NCBI GenBank assembly: GCA_963662615.2
Contig: CAXXSR010000001.1
Coordinates: 32,001 to 96,000, forward strand
Length of the DNA stretch: 64,000 nt
DNA from: Dehalococcoidia bacterium
GTDB taxonomy: Bacteria; Chloroflexota; Dehalococcoidia; Bin125
Direction: 5' to 3'
Positions 9,709 to 20,031 of the stretch are shown here, piece after piece. Position numbers and translations under genes: made by a program. How positions within the stretch are numbered: position 1 is the first letter of the stretch; every line of letters starts with the position of its first letter. The notes under the pieces were generated by a model. The model was given only the letters and a program-made list of their open reading frames with translations. It searched no databases and was not told the DNA's origin.

Positions 9709-11016
9709 TCACAGCGCCTCGACAATTGTGCTGATGCCCATGCCCGCGCCGATGCACTGCGTGGCCAGTCCGTAGTGGCCGCCTGAGCGGCGGAGCTCTC
9801 GGGAGACTGTGGTCACCAGGCGTGCTCCAGTCGCGCCGAGCGGGTGGCCAATGGCCAAGGAGCCGCCGTTGCAATTCACCTTTTCCAGCGGGATCCCCAA
9901 CTCTTCAACGCTGGGAATGACCTGCGCCGCGAAGGCCTCGTTGAACTCCACTCGATCGATCTCGTCAACGCTGATCCCGGCATGCCGCAGCGCCTTCTTC
10001 GTCGCCGGGACGGGTCCCAGGCCCATGACCTGCGGTTTCACCCCGGCCACACCGAAGCCGATGATCCGCGCCAGCGGTTCCAGGCCCAGCTCCTGCGCTC
10101 TCGTTTCGCTCACCAGCAGGGCGGCGGACACGCCGTCGTTGGTAGGGCAGGAATTCCCCGCCGTGATCACGATCTCGCGATTGCCGAAGCTCTCAATGCC
10201 CTGCACCGGACGCAGCTGCCCCAGCTTCTCGAAGTTCGTGCTCGCCCGGTAGCCTTCGTCACGGTCGAACACGATCGCCTCACCGAGTTTCTCGGGTAGC
10301 CACTGCCCCTCGTCGTCGAACACCGGCGCCTCCACTTCCAGAGGGATGATTTCGTCGGCGTAAAAACCAGCGTCGAGAGCCTCTCCGTACTTGCGATGGC
10401 TCTCGACGACGAACTCGTCCAGCTGCCGCCGCGACAGGCCGTACACCTCCGAGACGTTCTGGGCCGTCTGCGTCATGGAGACGACCGGGGTTGAGTCCAG
10501 GATGTAGTCCGGCAGGGGGACGGCAAATTGATCGCCATGATCCGGCGCCGGGTCACGTTGCGCGGGCGTCTGCTGGAGGCGCTTCTGGTTGAACTCGGTC
10601 ACCCGATTGCGATCGCGGTCGCCACCTCCAGGGCGGAGTTGCCGCCCCATCCGCTCGACTCCCATGGCGACGCCGGTGTGAATGGCGCCCACCATGATCT
10701 CTTGGGCAACTCGGTGCAGCGCTTCCATGCTGGAGCCGCACTGGCGGTTGGTGTCGAAGGTGCAGACCTCCTCGGTGAGACCGGCGAGGCGGGCGATGTG
10801 GTTCGCGCCAAGGCCGCTGAGTTCGCCGGCGCCCATGACGTTTCCCAAACCGATCTCTTCAATGCTGCGTGGATCCACCTTGGGGTTGCGCGCCAGGAGC
10901 GCGCGCAGCACGGTTGAGGCCGCTTCGTCCAACCGCGTGGCCACCAGCGCTCCGCGTCCTCCCCGCGCGAACGGCGATCGCGCACCGTCCACCAAGACCA
11001 CCTTCTGGAGTTCCAT
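9709..11016 (-). CDS. Thiolase (acetyl-CoA C-acyltransferase)
   Basis: NRQCGSS, TAGNS, FNEAFAAQ, GHPLGATG, QCIGAGMG. Confidence 0.93.
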   Translation of the reverse strand: MELQKVVLVDGARSPFARGGRGALVATRLDEAASTVLRALLARNPKVDPRSIEEIGLGNVMGAGELSGLGANHIARLAGLTEEVCTFDTNRQCGSSMEALHRVAQEIMVGAIHTGVAMGVERMGRQLRPGGGDRDRNRVTEFNQKRLQQTPAQRDPAPDHGDQFAVPLPDYILDSTPVVSMTQTAQNVSEVYGLSRRQLDEFVVESHRKYGEALDAGFYADEIIPLEVEAPVFDDEGQWLPEKLGEAIVFDRDEGYRASTNFEKLGQLRPVQGIESFGNREIVITAGNSCPTNDGVSAALLVSETRAQELGLEPLARIIGFGVAGVKPQVMGLGPVPATKKALRHAGISVDEIDRVEFNEAFAAQVIPSVEELGIPLEKVNCNGGSLAIGHPLGATGARLVTTVSRELRRSGGHYGLATQCIGAGMGISTIVEAL

Positions 11017-11117
11017 TCCCGTCCCCCATTCACCTCCGCAGTGTCCGCTGCTGGCGCCAGCGACCGCCGGATGCCTAGTGTAGAGGACCACAACATCCAC
11101 AACGGAAAGGGGCTGGC

Positions 11118-11582
11118 ATGCCGGGAGAGCGCGAGCCTGAGTCGTTCGTCACCGCGATCAGCGGCAGTGTGCAGGCAATCGTGGACTGCCTGGATGGGCT
11201 CAGCGAGGAGGAGCTGAACTGGCGTCCACCGATTGCGGCGGGCAATAGCCTCTACGTGGTTGCGACACACACCATGGGGAGCGCGGAGCAGAACATCGTG
11301 GAGCGTTTGGGCGGGGTGTCCATTGGCCGCGTCCGTGACGAAGAGTTCGCCGCGGCGGGCGATTCGCCGCAGCCGCTTCAGGAACGTTGGGCGCTGCTAC
11401 GGGAGCGAATTCAGCATCATCTCGCGGCTTTGCCCGCCGACGAGTGGGAGCGTGAGCGGGAACTTCCGTCGGCTAAGCGTGCCACGGCACGCGAGATGCT
11501 GCTCAACGTCCATCGGCACGCGAGCGAGCACCTCGGCGAGGCGCAGCTTATCCGTGATCTCCTGATGGCCCGACGCGGCTAG
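11118..11582 (+). CDS. DinB/DUF664 family protein
   Basis: LDGLSEEELNWRP...NSL...H; HASEHLGEAQLIRD. Confidence 0.8.
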   Translation: MPGEREPESFVTAISGSVQAIVDCLDGLSEEELNWRPPIAAGNSLYVVATHTMGSAEQNIVERLGGVSIGRVRDEEFAAAGDSPQPLQERWALLRERIQHHLAALPADEWERERELPSAKRATAREMLLNVHRHASEHLGEAQLIRDLLMARRG

Positions 11583-12178
11583 GCTTCCTCGCATCCGCCG
11601 CCATCCCGCCTGAGCCATGCCTGATAGATCTGTTCCTTCTCGTCGCTCCACGATGGCGCGTACCGGCCCCTCTCCATGCGCTGCCGATGCAGCTCCGCCA
11701 GGATGATGCCGGCCGCGACGGACACGTTAAAGCTTTGCGCCATCCCTTGCATGGGGATGCGAATGCGCTCGTCGGCCAGATCAAGGATCGGTGCGCTGCA
11801 GCCCCGGTGCTCGTTCCCGAAGACGAGAGCCACCGGCCGCGTCCAGTCCACATCTAGGTAGCTGCGGGCCGGGCCGTCCAAATGGGTCGCGTAGATTTGG
11901 CAGCCTCGTTGATGCACGGCGTTGATGCACGCCGCCGCCTCTGTGAAATGATGGATGATCGTCCACTTTCGCGTGTAGCCGGAGACGCCTTTTGAGATCT
12001 GGGGGAAGGGATGGTCGGTGTAAAGCAGGTTGACGGCGCCGATCCCGAATCCATCGCAGGTGCGCAGAATCGCGGAGGCGTTGTGGGAGTCGTGGATGTT
12101 ATCCAGAACCACCTCAACGTCTTGCTGGCGGCGCTCCAGCACGGATCGGAAGCGGCGGCGGCGCTCTCCCGTGAGCAT
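11579..12178 (-). CDS. trmH: TrmH/SpoU family RNA 2'-O-methyltransferase
   Basis: HNASAILRTCDGFG, LVFGNEHRG, IPMQGMAQSFNVSVA. Confidence 0.88.
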   Translation of the reverse strand: MLTGERRRRFRSVLERRQQDVEVVLDNIHDSHNASAILRTCDGFGIGAVNLLYTDHPFPQISKGVSGYTRKWTIIHHFTEAAACINAVHQRGCQIYATHLDGPARSYLDVDWTRPVALVFGNEHRGCSAPILDLADERIRIPMQGMAQSFNVSVAAGIILAELHRQRMERGRYAPSWSDEKEQIYQAWLRRDGGGCEEA

Positions 12179-12279
12179 GAGATGACCTTACCAGTCAACC
12201 GCGGCGGCGCTCGGACGGGCACGCTCGCGCCCAGCGCGGTGCAGGACCTTCGGCAAGAGCGTCACCGCTGCCCGTGCTC

Positions 12280-14180
12280 CTATGGGCGCTCCGACTCTCG
12301 CAACGGCAGCGCGTCCGTGCCGCCCCACACCGGCGGAGGATGGTTGCGCCTTCCTCTCCGGCCGGATCGACGAACTCCGGGCGGTAGTTGTCGCGGACCA
12401 CGACCGGCCGCAGCCGGTATCCGAGCACCCTTGCATCGTCGAACCCGACCTCCAGGATCACGCTCTGCGTCGTGGCGATAGACCAATCCTGGTCAAAGAC
12501 AAAGTTCCCCAAGGCGTACGTGGCCAGCGCGCCCTGTAGGACCTCCACGGGCTGTGTCCAGTGCGGATGATTGCCCACGATCAACGACGCGCCCGCGTCC
12601 ACCGCGACAGCCACCGCTTCCCGTTGGCGCGCCGTCGTCTTGACCGTATACTCCGTACCCCAGCTAAAGGCCACGACGACGTGATCCGCCATCTCCTTGG
12701 CCGCCACGACGTCCTCTGCCAGGGTCTCGAGGTTCAGCGGCGCCGTCCCGGCCGATTCCTCCTTGGCGAAATACCACGGGGCGATGTCGTCGTATGAGAG
12801 AAACGCGATGCGCACGCCGTCTCGCTCGACCACCGTCGGCGCTCTGGCGGCGGCCAGGTTCGCACCAGTCCCGGCGTGCGCGATCTCCGCGTCCTCCAGC
12901 CCAGCGATCGTGTCCAGGACCGTCTCTTTCCAACCACATGCAGTCCAGCAATCGCCCGCGTGATTTCCGGCGGTGGTGACGACGTCGATCCCCGCCGCCT
13001 TGAGCGCACCGATCACGCTTAGCTTGCCCTGGAGGTTGAATCGGTCCGTCACGCCAACGCAAGGAGTGGGCTCGCCCCGGTCGGTGAGTCCGATCTCCAT
13101 CGACAGCAGCGTGAGATCCGCGGCCTGTAACGCCGCGCGCGTACGCTCGAAGATGGCAGCGTAGTCCCCGTCGGCGAACGTCTCGACCGCCTCATTCGTG
13201 CACCGAGTGGGGATGAAGTCGCCGGTGGCGAGGAGGCCCACCGGGTTCGTGTTGGGCGCACGATCGGTCCAGCCCAAGATCGTCGCCACACGCTCTTCGT
13301 CGTGCGTGGTGCGGCCGCGGATCCAGCGTTCAAGGCGCATGGGTGTATCGGCGGACGGATCGCGGAGCGGGTCATGACCGTCCAAGACCAGCGGGAGCAG
13401 ACCGGGACGCAAAGCGGTTGGCGGCAGCACCGCGAGTGCGCCGCTCCCCGAGGCCACTGATCGCTGTATCGTCTCCAGCGATGCTCGGCGTATATTCGGT
13501 CCAAGATCCGGTAAGGCGAGGGCGGCGGCGATCGCGTCCGCGTCGTCGCAGGGCACAAAGGCGATCACCGGTTGCGCCCGGCCGCCAAGCTCAAACCAGT
13601 CCGTCACCGCGCCGGCCAGCACCCGCCGCAGATCCGCCAAGCTGAGGTCAAGCACGGTGTGGCGCTGATCGGTCACGGCTACCCAAGCGGCGAGGATGTA
13701 GCTGGATCCTTGCGGCAGCGGCTGGTCACTCACTTCCGCGTCAGCGTCGAAGGGACCGGGCGCGACCTCCAGGTTCGGCGCGTCCCGGAGTAACCCTTCA
13801 ACGGCCATCCGTTCGCCCTGATCTCGGATGCTGACGGCGACACCGAAAGGCCGGGCGGCCGGTTGCGGATCGGCGGCGGGCTCCGGCTTCCTAACGGCCG
13901 CCGGTGGATCGGCCTCCTCAAGGGATGCGTCGCGGGGGCTCGGCAGATCGGGCGGGGCCGGTGCCGCGGCGGGCGGCGCGACGCGCTCCGCCGCCTCCAG
14001 CGGCGCGGGCTCCGCAGCATCCGGCGGCGCGGGCTCCGCCGCAGCCGCCGTTTCGCCTCCCTGGCTGCTGCTACACGAACTGATCAGAAAGACGCTGAGA
14101 GCCGCCAGGAGCGTGAGCCCGCTCAAGCGCGCGCTGCCTATCGACTTCTGCACGATCGCCCTCGAATTCTCCTCGCACAT
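12280..14180 (-). CDS. CapA/PgsA (poly-gamma-glutamate synthesis) family metallophosphoesterase lipoprotein with a PBP-like N-terminal domain; probable frameshift near 12330
   Basis: Lipobox-like ISSC, Pro/Ala linker, TGD, AGNHAGD, SWGTEY, VGNHPHW, YALGNFVFDQ; start and end approximate. Confidence 0.82.
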
Positions 14181-14456
14181 CTTCCCATGCGGACTCCTCT
14201 TCGCGGCAAGATCGCCGACGCGAGCCGCCGGCGTGGGTGCGTTGCGCTGTTGACACGAGCGACGCGCTCGCGGCGAGACTGACGCTACCATCATGACGCC
14301 GGGCCGACCGGTGTCGATTCACCGGAGTCGGTTCGGGCCAGCGATCGCACGGCGGCTCGCCGCCCCGATGGGCGTCGCTGCGATGGTCGAGATCTTGCGC
14401 GACGCCGTGTTGCCATCGAGACCGAGCGACCGCCTTGAAGGGGCTGCGCCGCGACG

Positions 14457-15674
14457 ATGACCAAACGCGCCGTCGTGGTGAGCGTGCTGTTCTGGGTCGC
14501 AATGGCGGGGTTCCTTCGCATCGTCATCGTCCCGCCCGAGGCGTCCGTGGAGGCGTCGGGCCTGGAGTTGCAGCGGGCGGCGGACTCAGCTCGAGGGTGG
14601 ATGGAACGGGCGCAACTCGACGACGGTCGTTACGTCTATCTGTACGACGCGGAGTTGGACCACCTCTCGCCGGACTACAACGAAGTCCGCCATGCCGGCG
14701 TGACGATGGCCCTGTATCAGGCGGCGGGCCGTCTTGCCTCTCCGGCCACGCTCACCGCCGCCGATCGCGGCCTTGCCTGGATGACTGAGCACCTCTACCG
14801 GCACGACGGATGGGCTGCGCTGGTTGCACCCGGGGCCGGACGCGCGAAGTTGGGGGCCAGCGCACTCATGCTCGTGGGCCTTGCCGAGCGAAGGCTCGCG
14901 ACTGGGGATGCGGTGTACGACCCCCTGATGCGCGAAGTCGGATCGTTCCTTGCGGCGCTACAACGTCCCGACGGCGGCTTTCACGTTGCCTGGTGGGTGG
15001 AGCGAGACGCAGCGGACCGGTTGGGGACGTCGCGCTACTACCCCGGTGAAGCGCTGTGGGCGCTTGCCCTACTCCACGAAGCGCTCCCAGGGGAAGGCTG
15101 GGACGTGCATGCGCGTGCTGCGGCTGAGTTCGTGACGACGCGCCGCGACGACGTGGAGGCCGTGGACTTTCCCCCGTTGGCCGACCACTGGGCGGCATAC
15201 GCCCTGGCGGAAATGGCGGAGTGGGGCTTGAAGGACGCTGAGATCGCGTACGGGCGGCGCTTGGCCGGTCGCTTCGGCTTGCTGGTTCGCACCGAGTCTC
15301 AGCGCGAGGGTGGCTGGTCGGGTACCGTCGTGCGGGGGGCGTCGCCGCGGGCTGGGGCATTGGGCACCTGGGTCGAAGGTCTCGCGGCGTTGTGGCGCCT
15401 GGCCTCCGCCGATGAGCGCCTGGCCGACTTGCGTGCGGGAATCCTGGAGCGCGTTGAAGTGGGCGCAGCCATTCTCGCCGGGCGGCAGGTGAGCGATGAA
15501 CGGGCGCGGACGTACGACCGACCGGGGCTCGTGCGGGGCGCCTGGCTCCACGAAGGCGCGACCCGGATGGACGACCAGCAGCATGCCTTCTCCGGGCTGC
15601 TCTACGCGGCCGACGCTCTCCACGGTCGGACCGGCCGGGAGCCCGACCTGCCGCCGCGTCGTCCCGACCGCTAG
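14457..15674 (+). CDS. Membrane-anchored helical (alpha/alpha-toroid-like) hypothetical protein
   Basis: N-terminal TM segment; QLDDGRYVY, YNEVRHAG, KLGASAL, QRPDGGF, YYPGEA, DHW, RMDDQQH motifs. Confidence 0.7.
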   Translation: MTKRAVVVSVLFWVAMAGFLRIVIVPPEASVEASGLELQRAADSARGWMERAQLDDGRYVYLYDAELDHLSPDYNEVRHAGVTMALYQAAGRLASPATLTAADRGLAWMTEHLYRHDGWAALVAPGAGRAKLGASALMLVGLAERRLATGDAVYDPLMREVGSFLAALQRPDGGFHVAWWVERDAADRLGTSRYYPGEALWALALLHEALPGEGWDVHARAAAEFVTTRRDDVEAVDFPPLADHWAAYALAEMAEWGLKDAEIAYGRRLAGRFGLLVRTESQREGGWSGTVVRGASPRAGALGTWVEGLAALWRLASADERLADLRAGILERVEVGAAILAGRQVSDERARTYDRPGLVRGAWLHEGATRMDDQQHAFSGLLYAADALHGRTGREPDLPPRRPDR

Positions 15675-15688
15675 GTGGCGGCGTCTCA

Positions 15689-16261
15689 ATGATCGACTTC
15701 TGGCGCCTGCTGCTCATCACCCTGGTGGCCGTGAATCCGGCCGCGCTCAGGCTAGAGTCGGAGGGCGCGGCCAATGGCGGCCGGGGCTGGGCTGTCGCGG
15801 CGGCGGCGCTCCCGCCCGCAGTCGGGCTCGTCGCCTTCGCGGCCGCGATCCACTCGGAGTTCCTGGATCTTTTGGACGTCTCGGCAGAGAGCTTTGACGT
15901 AGCGGCGGGCATCGTGATGGTGGTGGCAGCGCTGCGTCCCCTGCTGCTGGGGCGGCTGCCTGAGATGCCGGTCCAGCTGGGCCGCGGGCCGCAGCTGTTG
16001 ATGCCCGTGACGATCGTCACGTTCGCCCTTGCCAATCCCGCGGTCCTGGCCGCCATGGTCGCCTACAGCGAGAGGGATGGGACGGGGATCACGATCGCCG
16101 CCGGCGCGACCGCCGTACTCCTCGCGGGCGCCGTTCTGTCGATAGGTGCGAGGCGTCGCCGGACTGTCGCGCCGCTGACCGCGGTGGTGGCATGGACCTC
16201 GGCGGTGCTCCTTGTGGCCTTCGGCGTGGGCCTGATCGTGGATGGCATCCGGAGCGTCTGA
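15689..16261 (+). CDS. MarC family integral membrane protein
   Basis: LVAVNP, SFDVAAGI, GVGLIVDGI; multiple hydrophobic helices. Confidence 0.7.
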   Translation: MIDFWRLLLITLVAVNPAALRLESEGAANGGRGWAVAAAALPPAVGLVAFAAAIHSEFLDLLDVSAESFDVAAGIVMVVAALRPLLLGRLPEMPVQLGRGPQLLMPVTIVTFALANPAVLAAMVAYSERDGTGITIAAGATAVLLAGAVLSIGARRRRTVAPLTAVVAWTSAVLLVAFGVGLIVDGIRSV

Positions 16262-16300
16262 CGCCGCCCAGCGCTGGGCTGGCGCGTCGATCTCCGGACG

Positions 16301-17254
16301 TCACCACTGCGGCGCCGTCCTGCGTCGCCGCCGTTGGAGGCGCCCCAGCTCGAGCCGCGCCGGTGCCCGCCATCGCTCCACGGCGAAGAACGGCAAGTAG
16401 GCGAAGCCGAGCATCTGGTACGGGAAGATGATCGCCATCAAGGCGAAGATTCCCACGTGGAACAGCACCGCGCTGGAGACCCAGAGTCGCGCCAGACGCC
16501 TGTTCCAGAGCGCGACGGGAGCGCCCAGTTCGACAATGAAGCTCATCACGGCGAGGGGATAGAAGATCCAGGCGTGTGGCACCAGCGCCGCTCCCAGAGG
16601 CGAATGCGGGTCGCCGAGCTGGCTCTTGCGCAGGTTGTCGTAGGCAACGTGGTTCCGGAGCACGTCGCCGGTAATCCATTCCAAGCCGGCGTCCAGCAAC
16701 TTGGCCTGCGCGGTGATCACGTACGTGATGACCGTGAGCAGCCAGAGCAGGCGGACGGGCCAGCCGTAGCGCGGATCGGCGGCCACGGGCGCGGCCCGGC
16801 TCTTGCGGGCGTCGAGCGAAAAGACGTCGGCGGCCGGTGTCAGGGTCAGCACCAATATGTGGAGGACGAGCAGATTCTCCGTGTGGAAGATCTGGCCCCA
16901 AGAATTTCGGTAGCTCGTGATCCACAACAAGAGAAGCGCAAACAGCAGCCCAGTAAATCGAAACCGCCAGCCCGCTACGAATGCGAGGCCAGCCACGAAG
17001 GTTGCGACAACCAGGCCGCAGGCAAGCGATGCCGCTAGCGGCCCTCCCAGGACGTTGGAGATCCCGACAGGGTCGAACTGTCGGGCGTCGAACGTCGCCA
17101 CGCTCATGAGGTTGCCGGCCGTGATGGCGATGTAGACCAGGGCAAAGCCACCAATCAAGATGCGCAGCAACGCCAATCGCTCGGCGGGCGCTGGCGCCAA
17201 CCAGTAGCCATCCAGGCGACGCACAAGAGAGTTCACGAGCTTCTCACTTCGCAC
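16301..17254 (-). CDS. HTTM-domain membrane protein (vitamin K-dependent carboxylase/SdpB-like)
   Basis: LALLRILIG, FSLDAR, WPVRLL, Y...AKL...W..G, IVELGAP, FHVGI. Confidence 0.85.
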   Translation of the reverse strand: MRSEKLVNSLVRRLDGYWLAPAPAERLALLRILIGGFALVYIAITAGNLMSVATFDARQFDPVGISNVLGGPLAASLACGLVVATFVAGLAFVAGWRFRFTGLLFALLLLWITSYRNSWGQIFHTENLLVLHILVLTLTPAADVFSLDARKSRAAPVAADPRYGWPVRLLWLLTVITYVITAQAKLLDAGLEWITGDVLRNHVAYDNLRKSQLGDPHSPLGAALVPHAWIFYPLAVMSFIVELGAPVALWNRRLARLWVSSAVLFHVGIFALMAIIFPYQMLGFAYLPFFAVERWRAPARLELGRLQRRRRRTAPQW

Positions 17255-17682
17255 TGCGCATGCACCGTGGAGGCCAGTGCTTGGGTGTCGCCTTCGAAGT
17301 ACGCGACCGCGTCGAAGCGGTCCGTTACGATCTCCACCCGCTCCGTCGTCCCCTGTCCGCCCCGGTCAACGAGGCCCGCCGCGATGCGGTCGCAGAGGGC
17401 CTGCGTCGCCTCCGGCCCCTGCCGGAGAGCCTGCCGCACCGTCTCGAAGGCCTGAATGACTTCCGCGTTCGCCACCGCCGATGGTGGCACCGGACGCCGC
17501 TCGCCGTCGGCGCGCACGGCGACCACGTGGGAGATGGAGACGTCTGCTGCGCGCGCGCTGGCGAACATGGGATAGGTGGAGATAGGGAAGCTGTCGCTGC
17601 GAACGATTCCGAACAGCGGGGCGGCAACCGCGCCGGCGACGATCGTCGTGATCAGATAGGCGCGCAGGCGCATCGCCGTCAT
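17233..17682 (-). CDS. Small secreted/membrane-anchored hypothetical protein (HTTM partner)
   Basis: N-terminal hydrophobic helix, DSFPISTYPMFA motif; overlaps both neighbours. Confidence 0.7.
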   Translation of the reverse strand: MTAMRLRAYLITTIVAGAVAAPLFGIVRSDSFPISTYPMFASARAADVSISHVVAVRADGERRPVPPSAVANAEVIQAFETVRQALRQGPEATQALCDRIAAGLVDRGGQGTTERVEIVTDRFDAVAYFEGDTQALASTVHAQCEVRSS

Positions 17683-18083
17683 TCCACGCGCGGGCGGCGT
17701 ACCGGCGCGGGACGGTTCGGCACAAGGCGCGAGAGAGGCCCCCTGTTGGCCGCAACGACGTCGTAGAGCCGGGTGAGCCCGCCGCGCGCCGCTTCGGATC
17801 GGCCGGCGAGAGCGGCCAGCCAGCGGAAGCCGGGAAGGACTGACAGGACTGCGACGAATGCGTCGCCTGAACTGATCAGGGCCCCATCGGGCCTTTTTAC
17901 GTGCATACTCCTTTCGCGGAGGTCAGGAGGAAGAGGTATCATCCAGCGCTCGGCAAGCGGGTCGGACCAGGGCAGAAGCGCCATCCGGCCACGCCGGTCC
18001 CACCGGCGCACCACCTCCACGGTGGCGCGGCAGAAGCGGCAATCATCGTCGTAGAGAAGCACCGGCCGGTCCGGCAGGGACAC
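17679..18083 (-). CDS. DCC1-like thiol-disulfide oxidoreductase (DUF393)
   Basis: VLLYDDDCRFC (DxxCxxC) and YDVVAANR; the real gene is the 3' end of the long 17679..19691 ORF. Confidence 0.85.
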   Translation of the reverse strand: MSLPDRPVLLYDDDCRFCRATVEVVRRWDRRGRMALLPWSDPLAERWMIPLPPDLRERSMHVKRPDGALISSGDAFVAVLSVLPGFRWLAALAGRSEAARGGLTRLYDVVAANRGPLSRLVPNRPAPVRRPRVE

Positions 18084-18308
18084 ATTGGACTCCGACCCGA
18101 TTCGACACCAACCTTCGCGATTCGCCGTGTGCAGCTTGATCGCCGTCGCGTCAGGCGCGATATCCACCTCCGCGGCCGGCTTCAGGACCGTGACGCCTCG
18201 CGCCACTGTGCGCCGCGGTGCGCCACAGCGGTAGTCTAGCTGGGGAGCGCTGATCGCAGGGCCGGACTGGACGCCGGCCTCCCGCACGAACGCGAACGGA
18301 GGAGGTAG

Positions 18309-19940
18309 GTGCCAAGACATCTCCGCGTCGCGCTTCCGCTCGCGGCGCTGTTCCTCGTGACGCTCGTGACGCTCGTCCCGCCCACGCGGGCGCAAGCTCC
18401 GGCGACTTCCCAACTGCGCACGCTCCAGCCGCCCTGGAACCTGGTAGCGGCTGGCCAGAGCGGCGCGGTCAGTGATCTCGTTGCCGACATGCCAGAAATC
18501 ATCTCGGTGTATCGCTGGGACGCGACTCGGCAGGCCTACGAGAGCTGGCTCCGCGCGGCCCCCGTCTTCCTCAACACACTGCGGACGGTCGCCGTGGACG
18601 ACGGGCTCTGGGTGCGGGTCACGGCGGAAGCGCCCTGGCCGCTCCCAACCGTCGCACCCACGCGCGTTGAGTCGGGTGTGACGGGCTGGCGCCTCGTCGG
18701 CTGGACGGACGTCGATACCCCGGCGAGCGAGGTCGCGTCGCGTCTGGGCGCGGTCCGCCTCGTCGGATTCGACGCAGCAGCTCAACAGTTTCGCGCCTAC
18801 GACCCCAGCCTTCCTGATGCACTCAACACGCTGCCGCTGGTACGGCGCGGCGACGCGGTCTGGGCGCTTTTCAGTGCTGGCGAGCCGGGTCCGGTGGCGC
18901 TCGAACCGACCTTGGGCGGCCGCCCCTTCGACCGCCCCATCGAACTGGGCGCCTACCCGGCTGGGCGGCTGTTCGTCGCCGAGCAGGACGGCACCGTCCT
19001 GCTGTTCGACGAAGATGGTGGGGGCGAGGCCGTGCTGTTGGACCTCCGCGACCGAGTGAGCGGGGCTGGAAACGAGGAAGGGCTCCTCAGCCTGGCGCTC
19101 GACCCTCGCTTCGTGGGCAACGGCCACATCTATGTGTACTACTCGGTCGCAGGGCAGATGCGCTCGCGCTTGTCGCGCTTCACGGTGGCGAGCGACGTCG
19201 CCAGCCTGGCGAGCGAGCTGGCGCTCCTCGAAATCGAGCAGCCCTTCCGCAACCACAACGGCGGCGCGATTCGCTTCGGGCCGGACGGCCTCCTCTACCT
19301 GGGGCTGGGCGACGGTGGCGCCGGTGGCGATCCCGAGGGCAACGGCCAGAACAAGAGCACGCTGCTCGGCTCGATTTTGCGAATCGACGTGCGCGGCGCC
19401 TCGGCGGCACGACCCTATCAGGTGCCGTCCGACAACCCCTTTGTCGGTGCCGCTGCCGCCCGTCCCGAGATCTGGGCGTACGGGTTCCGCAATCCTTGGC
19501 GGATGGCGTTCGACCCATCGACGGGCGCCCTCTGGGTGGGGGACGTGGGCCAGAATGACGTGGAAGAGGTAGACATCGCGCGCGCGGGCGGCAACTACGG
19601 CTGGAACCGTCTGGAGGGCGACCGCTGCTTTTCGCCGCCCTCGGGCTGCGACGCCGGCGCGACGGTCGCCCCCGTCGCCACCTACGATCACGACGAGGGC
19701 TGCTCCATCACAGGCGGCGTCGTCTATCGGGGCAGTACCGTTGCCGCCATCGCGGGAGCGTACCTCTACGGTGATTTCTGCAGCGGCCGGATCTGGGGGC
19801 TCAACGCGGCTGATCCCGCCTCCGCCGTCGTCATCGTCGAAAGCGGCGCCAACATCGCCTCGTTCGGAGTCGATACGGACGGCGAGGTCTATGTGCTGAC
19901 GTTCGGCGGCCCGTTGCTGCGCGTGGTGCCTCTGGAGTAG
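18309..19940 (+). CDS. Secreted PQQ-dependent sugar dehydrogenase (GSDH) with two N-terminal WNLV-type repeat domains
   Basis: Signal peptide; EEGLLSLALDP, NHNGG, GLGDGG, AYGFRNPWR, GDVGQ, GGNYGW, SITGG. Confidence 0.9.
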   Translation: MPRHLRVALPLAALFLVTLVTLVPPTRAQAPATSQLRTLQPPWNLVAAGQSGAVSDLVADMPEIISVYRWDATRQAYESWLRAAPVFLNTLRTVAVDDGLWVRVTAEAPWPLPTVAPTRVESGVTGWRLVGWTDVDTPASEVASRLGAVRLVGFDAAAQQFRAYDPSLPDALNTLPLVRRGDAVWALFSAGEPGPVALEPTLGGRPFDRPIELGAYPAGRLFVAEQDGTVLLFDEDGGGEAVLLDLRDRVSGAGNEEGLLSLALDPRFVGNGHIYVYYSVAGQMRSRLSRFTVASDVASLASELALLEIEQPFRNHNGGAIRFGPDGLLYLGLGDGGAGGDPEGNGQNKSTLLGSILRIDVRGASAARPYQVPSDNPFVGAAAARPEIWAYGFRNPWRMAFDPSTGALWVGDVGQNDVEEVDIARAGGNYGWNRLEGDRCFSPPSGCDAGATVAPVATYDHDEGCSITGGVVYRGSTVAAIAGAYLYGDFCSGRIWGLNAADPASAVVIVESGANIASFGVDTDGEVYVLTFGGPLLRVVPLE

Positions 19941-20031
19941 CGCAGGGAGGCGGGACTTCTCGCTGCGGCGCGGAGGTGACCGGCGAGCAAGAGCCGGCCG
20001 CGCGAAGTGTTGGGGCGGGACGAGGAATACG

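Noticed and set aside
18084-19691. 670-aa minus-strand ORF 17679..19691
   Set aside because: Mostly the antisense shadow of the GSDH gene; only the last ~134 codons (DCC protein) are credible.
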